Assembly (NCBI GenBank): GCA_028868715.1
Contig: JAGWUB010000001.1
Coordinates: 247,206-311,205, forward strand
Source of the DNA: Patescibacteria group bacterium
GTDB lineage: Bacteria > Patescibacteriota > Minisyncoccia > Phycocordibacterales > UBA9973
Direction of reading: 5' to 3'
Length of the DNA stretch: 64,000 bases
Both the position numbers and the translations under genes were made by a program. The notes beneath the pieces were generated by a model. That model was not told where the DNA came from and ran no database searches. It saw only the letters and a program-made list of their open reading frames with translations. Of the stretch, positions 38,937 through 47,226 are shown piece by piece (the first letter of the stretch is position 1; every line of letters begins with the position of its first letter).

Positions 38937-39101
38937 ATGGATTCAAAACCTCTTATCTGGATTTTTTTATTTATAGGTTCCACAATTGGTGGGTTTATTC
39001 CGACTCTGTGGGGTGCCGGATTTTTTTCAGTATCATCTGTAGTTTTAACGGCGGTCGGAGGAATATTTGGTATCTGGTTGGGCTATAGATTAAGTAATTA
39101 A
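38937..39101 (+). CDS. small two-TM membrane protein
   Basis: Short hydrophobic ORF. Start chosen at the internal ATG. Confidence 0.3.
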   Translation: MDSKPLIWIFLFIGSTIGGFIPTLWGAGFFSVSSVVLTAVGGIFGIWLGYRLSN

Positions 39102-39124
39102 GATTTTTGTGTTAAAATAATTAA

Positions 39125-39709
39125 ATGAAATTTGCTATTGCCATAATTGCTGCGCTGGTTGCAATTGCCGGCAACGCGCCATACCTCCGAGATGTTCTCT
39201 TAGAAAAAGTTAAACCACATCCATATACTTGGTTGGTTTGGTCAATAGTATCTGGGGTAACTTTTTTTGGGCAATTTGCCAAGGGTGCTGGTGTTGGCGC
39301 ACTGCCGACCGCCGTGGCCGAGATTTTTACTCTTATAATTTTTGTGTTCTCATTAAGGTATGGTTTTAAAAATATTAAAAAAATTGATACTTATTTTTTA
39401 ATTTTTGCATTGCTCGGTCTAATTCCATGGGTGCTTACCAAAGATCCTACAATCTCTGTCATTATAGTTGTGGCCATAGACTTAATTGCTTTTATTCCCA
39501 CCTTGCGAAAAACTTGGCATTATCCAAAAACTGAAGCCCCAATTTTATATGGTTCCAACGTCTTGCGCCATATTTTAACCTTATTTTCATTGCAAGCTTA
39601 TAATGTGGCCACAGTTCTCCATTCAATTTCAATGATTATTACCAACTCACTAATGGTGGCCTTTATCTTTTTTCGTCCCTCGAAAACCTTGAAACCAGAT
39701 AAGCAATAG
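39125..39709 (+). CDS. hypothetical polytopic membrane protein
   Basis: Five to six predicted TM helices. I recognise no motif. Confidence 0.45.
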   Translation: MKFAIAIIAALVAIAGNAPYLRDVLLEKVKPHPYTWLVWSIVSGVTFFGQFAKGAGVGALPTAVAEIFTLIIFVFSLRYGFKNIKKIDTYFLIFALLGLIPWVLTKDPTISVIIVVAIDLIAFIPTLRKTWHYPKTEAPILYGSNVLRHILTLFSLQAYNVATVLHSISMIITNSLMVAFIFFRPSKTLKPDKQ

Positions 39710-39721
39710 AGTAAAATTAAA

Positions 39722-40294
39722 TTGTATATGGATAAATTAAAATTTGCCCTTGTTTTAATAATTACTCTTGCAGTAGTAGGAGGAGCGGGTTATTGGGCCG
39801 TTACCACTTTGCAGTCTGGTAGCCAGTATGTAAATAACCAAAAAATAAAAAAACTAGAAAGTGAAAACGAAACACTCAAGCAACAAGCTGACCAACTCAA
39901 TAATCAACTTACGCTACTGCAAGGTTTTGGTACAGATAAAACAATCGTAGATACTACACCAACTCCACCAGTCAAACAAACACCACCTGTTACCCCAGTA
40001 AAAAAACCTACTACTCAAACTACATACAAGAATCAGACGTTGATAAATGAATTACAAAAACTGATCAACGCGAAGATCGTTTTAAAACTTAATTCTACCG
40101 GAGCACAGGTGGGCACAATACAAAAATTTCTAAATATTTATAATAAGACTTCAAATAAAGTTGATAATACCTATAGCGCCAACACCAAGACTGCAGTCAT
40201 AGCCTTTCAGAAAGCCCAAGGTGTAACCGCAACTGGCCAAGTGGGTAGCACCACTCTTGGTAAGATGGTGACTTGGCTTAAAAAACAAGGATAA
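39722..40294 (+). CDS. membrane-anchored coiled-coil protein with a C-terminal peptidoglycan-binding (PG_binding_1-like) domain
   Basis: N-terminal TM helix, coiled-coil, TPPV-rich linker, then GAQVGTIQKFLN...AVIAFQKAQGVTATGQVGSTTLGKM. Confidence 0.55.
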   Translation: MYMDKLKFALVLIITLAVVGGAGYWAVTTLQSGSQYVNNQKIKKLESENETLKQQADQLNNQLTLLQGFGTDKTIVDTTPTPPVKQTPPVTPVKKPTTQTTYKNQTLINELQKLINAKIVLKLNSTGAQVGTIQKFLNIYNKTSNKVDNTYSANTKTAVIAFQKAQGVTATGQVGSTTLGKMVTWLKKQG

Positions 40295-40303
40295 TCACTT
40301 TTA

Positions 40304-40996
40304 ATGAGCAACAACGAGAACAAAATAATAATTGACCCCATTTTTCATGCCAGCTTGATTTTAGAGTGGAATGGAGTAGTGATATATGCTGATCCGATAG
40401 ATGAAGACAAAAAAAATATATATGCAGGCAAACCTGCCCCTGATATAATTTTGATCACTGACATTCACCATGACCACCTTGATATTGAGGTACTAAAAAA
40501 AATTACATTAGAAAAAACTATCCTCATAGTCCCAAAAGTAGTGGCGGATCAAATCTCACCAGAAATTAGTTCGAAAATTTATATCTTAAACAATGACGAG
40601 ACAATGGAACACATGGGATTTAAAATAGAGGCGATCCCTATGTACAATTTACCAGGGCCAAGTGAAAGTTATCACATCAAAGGTAGAGGCAACGGCTATG
40701 TGATAGAGCAGGGTGGTACGCGGGTATATATTTCCGGCGATACTGCTGGAATTCCAGAAATGAGAAATTTAAAAAATATTGACACAGCTTTTGTAGCTAT
40801 GAACTTGCCTTATACGATGGATCCACAAGAAGCAGCTAGTGCCGTGCTCGACTTTAAACCAAAGACAGTATATCCATATCACTATCGCCAACACCCGACA
40901 AACGATTTTAGTGATGTGGCGAAATTCAAGGAAAAAGTGAACAGTCAGAATCCTGAGATAAAGGTCGTTCAGGTAGATTGGTATCACAAAAATTAA
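40304..40996 (+). CDS. metallo-beta-lactamase-fold hydrolase
   Basis: LITDIHHDHLD (HxHxDH) and a downstream GDT...H. Confidence 0.7.
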   Translation: MSNNENKIIIDPIFHASLILEWNGVVIYADPIDEDKKNIYAGKPAPDIILITDIHHDHLDIEVLKKITLEKTILIVPKVVADQISPEISSKIYILNNDETMEHMGFKIEAIPMYNLPGPSESYHIKGRGNGYVIEQGGTRVYISGDTAGIPEMRNLKNIDTAFVAMNLPYTMDPQEAASAVLDFKPKTVYPYHYRQHPTNDFSDVAKFKEKVNSQNPEIKVVQVDWYHKN

Positions 40997-41030
40997 ATAA
41001 AACATTATAAACATTTAAGATAATAAAAAA

Positions 41031-41462
41031 ATGAAAAATGAGAAAATGGTTTATACCATCTTGCGTTATGTAATGAGTTTTATATTTCTTTGGGCATTTT
41101 TTGATAAAGTTTTTGGTTTAGGGTTTGCGACAACAAGTGCACAAGCTTGGATTCATGGAGGATCACCAACCGCGGGCTTTCTTTCTATGGCCGTAAATGC
41201 AAAAAGTCCGTTTGCTTCTTTTTTCCATAGCCTTGCAGGGGTGGTTGTCGTTGACTGGATGTTTATGCTCGGACTTCTTTTCGTCGGTCTGACACTAGCA
41301 TTTAATAAATTTGTTAAATGGGGATGTTTGGCTGGTTCTGCAATGCTGGCGCTAATGTATTTGGCGCTGATGACTCCTCCAAACAATCCAATTATTGACG
41401 ATCATATTGTAAATATTCTAGTGCTTGCACTTATTGGGATGAGAGGAGAATGGTGGAAATAG
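41031..41462 (+). CDS. DoxX-like membrane protein
   Basis: Four TM helices. The N-terminus reads RYVMSFIFLWAFFDKVFGLG. Confidence 0.45.
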   Translation: MKNEKMVYTILRYVMSFIFLWAFFDKVFGLGFATTSAQAWIHGGSPTAGFLSMAVNAKSPFASFFHSLAGVVVVDWMFMLGLLFVGLTLAFNKFVKWGCLAGSAMLALMYLALMTPPNNPIIDDHIVNILVLALIGMRGEWWK

Positions 41463-41549
41463 AAAGGTTGAGTTAGTTGTAGATTTGGTCTATAATGTAG
41501 ATACATAGATTATAAATAACATAAAATACCGCCACAGGCGGCCAAGTAT

Positions 41550-41678
41550 ATGGCAAAAAGAAGTACTACGCTTAGTCCAAAAAAGAAATCTCGACGTTCT
41601 CATAAAACCAAGAAGCGACTAGCTATAAAAAAGACAATGCTAGCTAGTAAGTCTAAAAATAAAAAGAGAAGAGCTTAA
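41550..41678 (+). CDS. rpmH: 42-aa highly basic protein, probably ribosomal protein bL34. It is absent from the ORF track because it is under 60 aa.
   Basis: MAKRSTTLSPKKKSRRSHKTKKRLAIKKTMLASKSKNKKRRA aligns to bL34 ([42 protein letters not shown]), including the RSH motif. It has its own promoter-like TCTATAAT and is followed by a terminator. Confidence 0.55.
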   Translation: MAKRSTTLSPKKKSRRSHKTKKRLAIKKTMLASKSKNKKRRA

Positions 41679-41692
41679 AAAGTTTTAATCAC

Positions 41693-41722
41693 AAAAAAGG
41701 CGAGGAAATCTCGCCTTTTTTG
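41693..41722 (+). terminator. rho-independent terminator
   Basis: AAAAAAGGCGAG-GAAAT-CTCGCCTTTTTT. Confidence 0.8.
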
Positions 41723-41731
41723 TATGATTAT

Positions 41732-41740
41732 TGCTATAAT
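41732..41740 (+). promoter_or_regulatory. extended -10 (TGCTATAAT) 9 nt upstream of the mgtA ATG, implying a leaderless transcript
   Basis: TGnTATAAT consensus at 41732-41740. The ATG is at 41749. Confidence 0.5.
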
Positions 41741-41748
41741 ATAACGAT

Positions 41749-44379
41749 ATGAATTGGTTAAAACACATTTTTGCGAAAAGTAAAAAAGATGATGAGTTAA
41801 CCCAATCTCTCAAAAAAAGTCTTTTTGAAAAATTATATAAATTTGCAAAAAATGACCCAAATTTTTCGTTTAATGAATTAAACTCTAGAGAACAAGGGCT
41901 TGATGATGGGGAAGTACAGAAAAGATTAAAAATCTATGGCTCCAATGATATAGCTGATGAAAAAAAGACTAATCACTTTCTAAAATTGCTTGAAATCATA
42001 AAAAGCCCCTTGAATTTATTACTGTCGGCTCTAGCGCTAGTTTCTCTCTTTGTCGGCGACAAGGAATCCTTTACGGTCATTATAGTCATGGTTCTGTTGA
42101 GTATTTTTTTGAATTTTTACCAAGAAACAAAAGCAGCCATAGCCGCCGATAAACTAAAATCAATAATCCACACCAAGACCACAGTTATTCGGAATAATGT
42201 CAAACAGGAAATTCTTTTGAGAAATGTTGTTCCTGGGGATGTTGTTTATTTGTATTCAGGCACCATTATTCCTGGGGACGTTAGATTAATCTCATCCAAA
42301 GATTTATTTATTAATCAAGCCATGCTTACGGGTGAGTCTTTGCCAGTTGAAAAGCATGTAATAGATTCCAACTTAGACGAAAAAGGAGTAATAGAGTTTT
42401 GTAACTTATGTTTTTTAGGCACCAGCGTTGAGTCTGGAGTAGCTACAGCCCTCGTGTTAAATACCGGGAAGAATACTTATTTAGGAAGTGTGGCTTCTGA
42501 CATTAATAAAAATGACCATGTTTCTGATTTCAATACTGAATTAAAGAAGTTTGTTTTATTGATTTTGAAATTTATGGCCGTTATGGTGCCAGCTGTTTTT
42601 TTATTGAATGGAATTTTCAAAGGGAACTGGTTTGAAGCATTTTTGTTTGCTATTGCGGTAGCTGTCGGAGTTGCCCCAGAGATGATTCCAACCATCGTGG
42701 CTGTAAATTTATCAAAAGGAGCCATGGTTTTATCTAAAAATAAAGTTATCGTCAAACACTTAGATGCCATAGAAAACTTGGGAGTAATGGATATCTTATG
42801 CACCGACAAGACAGGAACACTTACCGAAGGTACGGTTGTTTTAGAAAAGCACTTAGATATTTATGGAAAAGATAGCGTCGAATCCCTACATTACGCATTT
42901 CTCAATAGTTATTTTCAAACTGGCGTAAAAAACATTATAAATGAAGCAATTTTGAAACACGATGAAGCTAAGGAAAAATTGGAAATAAACAATTATGTAA
43001 AAATAGATGAAATTCCGTTTGATTTCAATAGAAGGAAAATGTCTGTCATCGTTTCAGACACCAAAAGCAATAAATCTCTATTGGTTTGCACGGGAGCAGT
43101 AGAGGAAATTATTGCTTCTTGCGAAAGTGTTTTGATTGATGGAAAAATAATTTCCTTAAAAGATTTTACTGATGAGAAAAAAATACTAATTGAAGAAGAA
43201 TTAAACAAAGAAGGTTTTCGAGTGACAGCCGTAGCCTACAAAGAGACTGATTCAGCCAAAAAAGTTTTTTCAACTGACGATGAAGACAAATTGACCCTTG
43301 TCGGCTTTTTAGCCTTTTTTGATCCGCCAAAGCCAAGCGTCATTGAGACTATAAAAGATTTAAAAGAATTGGGCGTAAGTGTAAAAATTTTAACAGGAGA
43401 CAATGAAATAGTAACTAGAAAAATATGTGAAGAAGTTGGTATCGTGGTGGAAAAAATATTACTCGGCAAAGACATTGAAAAATTAAGTGATGAGGAGCTA
43501 AATAAAGAAGTAGAAGAGGTGGTGGTCTATGCCAAGCTGTCTCCATACGACAAAGAAAGAATAATTAAAAGTCTCCGTTCCCAAAATCATGTGGTAGGAT
43601 TTCTAGGTGATGGTATCAATGATTCTCTTTCACTGATCGCCGCTGACGTCGGCATATCGGTCGATACAGCGGCAGACATAGCTAAAGAATCATCTGATTT
43701 GATTTTATTAGAAAAAAGTTTACTGGTTCTCAAAGAAGGAATAAAAGAAGGCAGAAGGATATTTGACAATATAATTAAATACATAAAAATGGCCGCCAGC
43801 TCTAACTTTGGAAATATGTTTAGCGTAGTTGGTGGAAGTATTTTCTTGCCCTTCTTGCCAATGTTGCCGATCCAGATACTTACCAACAACATGCTTTATG
43901 ATTTTTCTCAAATGACCATTCCTACCGACAATGTGGATGAGGAGCGTCTAGTAAAACCTAAAAAATGGGATTTTAAACATATTAAGAGATTTATATTGTT
44001 TTTCGGCCCGATCAGTTCGCTGTTTGACTATGCGACATTTTTTGTAATGATCTTTATATTTCATGCATGGGGTAACCCAGCACTTTTCCACACCGGCTGG
44101 TTTGTGGAATCTCTCCTGACCCAGACTTTTATTGTGCATATTATTAGAACCAGCAAAATCCCATTCTTCCAAAGCTGGGCCAGCTGGCCACTTATAACCT
44201 CTACTTTATGTGTAATTTTAGTGGGGCTTTATTTGCCATTTTCCCCATTTGCCAAAGCCTTTCAATTCTTACCTTTGCCACCGCTTTATTTTGCCCTATT
44301 GTTTATTGGGTTAATATTATACTTCCTGATTACCCAGTTCTTGAAAGTATGGTTTATTAAAAAATATGAGTGGATATAG
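41749..44379 (+). CDS. mgtA: Mg2+-importing P-type ATPase (type IIIB, MgtA/MgtB-like)
   Basis: Motifs CTDKTGTLTEG, TGDN, GDGINDS and ten TM helices. 876 aa. Confidence 0.85.
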   Translation: MNWLKHIFAKSKKDDELTQSLKKSLFEKLYKFAKNDPNFSFNELNSREQGLDDGEVQKRLKIYGSNDIADEKKTNHFLKLLEIIKSPLNLLLSALALVSLFVGDKESFTVIIVMVLLSIFLNFYQETKAAIAADKLKSIIHTKTTVIRNNVKQEILLRNVVPGDVVYLYSGTIIPGDVRLISSKDLFINQAMLTGESLPVEKHVIDSNLDEKGVIEFCNLCFLGTSVESGVATALVLNTGKNTYLGSVASDINKNDHVSDFNTELKKFVLLILKFMAVMVPAVFLLNGIFKGNWFEAFLFAIAVAVGVAPEMIPTIVAVNLSKGAMVLSKNKVIVKHLDAIENLGVMDILCTDKTGTLTEGTVVLEKHLDIYGKDSVESLHYAFLNSYFQTGVKNIINEAILKHDEAKEKLEINNYVKIDEIPFDFNRRKMSVIVSDTKSNKSLLVCTGAVEEIIASCESVLIDGKIISLKDFTDEKKILIEEELNKEGFRVTAVAYKETDSAKKVFSTDDEDKLTLVGFLAFFDPPKPSVIETIKDLKELGVSVKILTGDNEIVTRKICEEVGIVVEKILLGKDIEKLSDEELNKEVEEVVVYAKLSPYDKERIIKSLRSQNHVVGFLGDGINDSLSLIAADVGISVDTAADIAKESSDLILLEKSLLVLKEGIKEGRRIFDNIIKYIKMAASSNFGNMFSVVGGSIFLPFLPMLPIQILTNNMLYDFSQMTIPTDNVDEERLVKPKKWDFKHIKRFILFFGPISSLFDYATFFVMIFIFHAWGNPALFHTGWFVESLLTQTFIVHIIRTSKIPFFQSWASWPLITSTLCVILVGLYLPFSPFAKAFQFLPLPPLYFALLFIGLILYFLITQFLKVWFIKKYEWI

Positions 44380-44409
44380 AATGCTGAAAGGAGTATATTA
44401 TTTAGAGGA

Positions 44410-44874
44410 ATGAAAAAGAAGTTGCCATCAAAAAAAGCGAAGAAAGTGGTGATGGTTAGTGGGGGATTTGACCCAATTCATATTGGGCACGTGCGCATGT
44501 TTCAGGAGGCAAAAAAACTAGGCGATGAACTTGTCGTAGTTATAAATAATGACCACTGGCTAAGATTAAAAAAGGGTTACGTTTTCATGGGAGAAAATGA
44601 ACGCAAAGAAATCATCGAAGCATTTGATTTTGTCGATAAAGTTATCTTAAGCAGTCATAAAAAAAATACAAAAGATATAAGTATTTGCAAAGATTTATTA
44701 ATTGTCCGACCACACATTTTTGCCAAGGGTGGTGATCGGCATTCAGGCAACATTCCCGAAGTTGCAGTTTGCGAAGAGATAGGCTGTTTGATAGTAAACG
44801 ATGTTGGTTTCGGCGGTAAAGTTCAAAGTTCGTCGGATTTAGTAAAAAAAGCAAAATTAAAAACAAAAAAATAA
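44410..44874 (+). CDS. cytidylyltransferase-like nucleotidyltransferase (RfaE domain II / TagD-like HxGH family)
   Basis: SGGFDPIHIGHVRMFQEAKKLGDELVVVINND. Confidence 0.7.
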   Translation: MKKKLPSKKAKKVVMVSGGFDPIHIGHVRMFQEAKKLGDELVVVINNDHWLRLKKGYVFMGENERKEIIEAFDFVDKVILSSHKKNTKDISICKDLLIVRPHIFAKGGDRHSGNIPEVAVCEEIGCLIVNDVGFGGKVQSSSDLVKKAKLKTKK

Positions 44875-44875
44875 A

Positions 44876-45643
44876 ATGAAACCATTAACCCAACTCTCAA
44901 AAAAAGATTTAAGTGAAATTAAAATGATAGTTTTTGATGTTGATGGAGTGATAGTTCCAAGGGGTACTAAAATAAAACAAATTGGAAATACTACTACACT
45001 GGAAACAAAAGTAATTAATCAAAAACAAATAGAACAAATAAAAAAACTAAACAAATTAGGTTTTTTGATAAATATTAGTTCTGGCAGGGGGCTTTATATG
45101 CTACAAGAGATGTTTAGAGATATCTTGCCGTTCATAAGTCTTACCTATGAATGCGGAAGTGCTACTTGGTATAAAGGAAAAATTTATCAACATATCAATA
45201 GCTTTGAACGTACTAAAAATATTTTTCCAAAATTAAAAAAGGTGGCAATTAAAAATAGCAACGTAAAGGGATTTGAACCCAAGGAATTTATTATAACAAT
45301 ACATTGCAAGCGACCAGATAAAAAGATTGAAGCAATAGTTAAAAAAGACAAGGGTTTGGTTACCCTATGGAATGGCGAAGCTTATGATGTTTTAATTAAA
45401 AAGGATCAAACCAAAGCCTTGGGTCTTCGGCATGCAATGGAAATTTTTAAACTTAACAAGAAGAATGTTATGGCCATAGGAGATAATTATAATGACCATG
45501 AATTGCTACAAGAAAGCGGAATACCGATATCTGCCGACAAAAGCAGGGTAAAAGGGAAGTTCTATGTTCCATTAAAAGGTAAATTTCTTCCAGCTGACGA
45601 ATTAATGCAAAAAATTCTGGCACTTAAGGGCGTTAAAAGTTAA
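44876..45643 (+). CDS. HAD-superfamily hydrolase (IIB/Cof-like sugar-phosphate phosphatase type)
   Basis: Motif I FDVDGV. Motif IV GDNYND. Confidence 0.65.
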   Translation: MKPLTQLSKKDLSEIKMIVFDVDGVIVPRGTKIKQIGNTTTLETKVINQKQIEQIKKLNKLGFLINISSGRGLYMLQEMFRDILPFISLTYECGSATWYKGKIYQHINSFERTKNIFPKLKKVAIKNSNVKGFEPKEFIITIHCKRPDKKIEAIVKKDKGLVTLWNGEAYDVLIKKDQTKALGLRHAMEIFKLNKKNVMAIGDNYNDHELLQESGIPISADKSRVKGKFYVPLKGKFLPADELMQKILALKGVKS

Positions 45644-45679
45644 TTGGTTAAAATAGTATTTAATTGTATAATATAAAAT

Positions 45680-46030
45680 ATGCAAGAATTTAAAGTATTT
45701 CAGGAGGAAAGACCATGGGGTAATTTCAGACAATTTACTCACAATACTCTTTCAACTGTAAAAATTCTTACGCTGAAGCCAAACCAAGCATTAAGCCTGC
45801 AAAGCCATGCTAAACGTTCAGAATTTTGCAGAATAATTAGTGGTAGTGGTATTATAGAAATAGGGGATAACAAGTATAATGTAAAGGAGGGCGACGAATA
45901 CAATATTCCCATAAACACCAAACATCGAGTTAGCGCTGGGGCATTAGGGGTTTCTTATTTGGAGATAAGTATTGGAGATTTTGAGGAGAATGATGAAGTT
46001 CGTTACGAAGATCAATATGGCCGCGCCTAA
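45680..46030 (+). CDS. cupin protein resembling the type II phosphomannose isomerase / ManC C-terminal cupin
   Basis: SLQSHAKRSEFCRIISGSG...HR...EISIGDFEENDEVRYEDQYGR. The terminal E-D-D-I-x-R-x-E-D-x-YGR-like signature is present. Confidence 0.65.
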   Translation: MQEFKVFQEERPWGNFRQFTHNTLSTVKILTLKPNQALSLQSHAKRSEFCRIISGSGIIEIGDNKYNVKEGDEYNIPINTKHRVSAGALGVSYLEISIGDFEENDEVRYEDQYGRA

Positions 46031-47222
46031 GAAAAAAACAATAAAAAAACCTGTCCGCAAGACCAAGAAAGTAAAACCCGTTAAGAAAAAAACAGTAGTA
46101 AAAAGAACTACTAAAAAAGTTGCTAAGAAAATACTAAAAAAGCCAATTAGCAGGAAGAAAAAAATTATTCCCCTTATTAAAAAGTTTAAGGGTAACCCAA
46201 TAGTAGGGCCGACCCACAATTCATTCTGGGAAGGGCAGGCAGTTTTCAATCCAGCAGCGATAGTGCACGATGGACGAGTGCATCTTTTTTATCGCGCGTT
46301 GGGGCATGATGGCATATCACGCTTGGGGTATGCTTCAAGCAAAGATGGCATTCATTTTGATGAGCGACTTCCTTATCCTGTTTATGTTGCTGAAAATAAA
46401 ATAGAAGCAGAAAGTCATTATCCATATACTTCACCCGCACGACTTGTTTATGATACGACCCTATATGCCTCTGGTGGTGGATGGGGAGGTTGTGAAGATC
46501 CGAGAGCAGTAAAAATTGAAGGACGTATATACATGACCTTCAACATGTTCAATGGCTGGGAATCCATGCGAGTAGCATTTACTTCTATCGACGAAAAAGA
46601 TTTGTCTCTCAAAAAATGGGATTGGAGTAAGTTTAGTTATCTTTCTCGCCCCGGTGATAGACAAAAAAATTGGGTTTTGTTCCCTGAAAAATTTAATGGG
46701 AAATTTGCTCTTTTCCACAACCTAGACAAAGGAGATCCCCATAAGGTACATATTGCCTTTTTAAATAAGCTTGATATGAAAGAAACGCCCTCCATGAAAG
46801 ACGCTCCAGATCCACATACTTTACCTGATCATATAGTCAAATGGCACAATCGCACACGTAGCGCTGCAGCACCGCCAATAAAGACGAAATATGGTTGGTT
46901 GTTGTTTTACCATGCAATGGACAAAGATGATCCTGGTCGCTATAAATTAGGGGCACTCTTGCTTGATCTCAAGGATCCTACCAAGGTTCTTTATCGATCT
47001 TCACGTCCAGTGCTTGAGCCAAATGAATGGTATGAAAATGACTGGAAGCCGGGAATAATTTATGCGAGCGGAGCGGTCGTGAAGGGAGAAACACTTTTTC
47101 TTTACTATGGTGGCGGTGATAAACATATTGCTGTGGCATCTGTAAATTTAGACGAATTTCTCCGTAAATTAAGAAGCAATGGAAACGCAGTTTTTTCAAA
47201 AAAATCTGTTGTCACTATATAA
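46017..47222 (+). CDS. GH130-family glycoside hydrolase/phosphorylase (beta-mannoside-active family) with a Lys-rich N-terminal tail
   Basis: AVFNPAAIVHDGRVHLFYRALG, GGCEDPRAVKIEGRIYMTFN and WHNRTRSAAAPPIKTKYGWLLFYH. The N-terminal 60 aa are KKP-rich. Confidence 0.75.
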   Translation: MAAPKKKTIKKPVRKTKKVKPVKKKTVVKRTTKKVAKKILKKPISRKKKIIPLIKKFKGNPIVGPTHNSFWEGQAVFNPAAIVHDGRVHLFYRALGHDGISRLGYASSKDGIHFDERLPYPVYVAENKIEAESHYPYTSPARLVYDTTLYASGGGWGGCEDPRAVKIEGRIYMTFNMFNGWESMRVAFTSIDEKDLSLKKWDWSKFSYLSRPGDRQKNWVLFPEKFNGKFALFHNLDKGDPHKVHIAFLNKLDMKETPSMKDAPDPHTLPDHIVKWHNRTRSAAAPPIKTKYGWLLFYHAMDKDDPGRYKLGALLLDLKDPTKVLYRSSRPVLEPNEWYENDWKPGIIYASGAVVKGETLFLYYGGGDKHIAVASVNLDEFLRKLRSNGNAVFSKKSVVTI

Positions 47223-47226
47223 TCTC

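Noticed and set aside
41529-41542. A small GC hairpin (CCGCC-ACAG-GCGG) just upstream of the rpmH-like ORF. I considered it as a riboswitch or terminator.
   Set aside because: It is too short and has no U-tract. It is probably just 5'-UTR structure.
45972-46016. Upstream extensions of the GH130 ORF starts (45972) and of the double-GH130 ORF (47179).
   Set aside because: The extensions overlap the preceding genes. The internal ATGs at 46017 and 47227 begin directly after the upstream stops.
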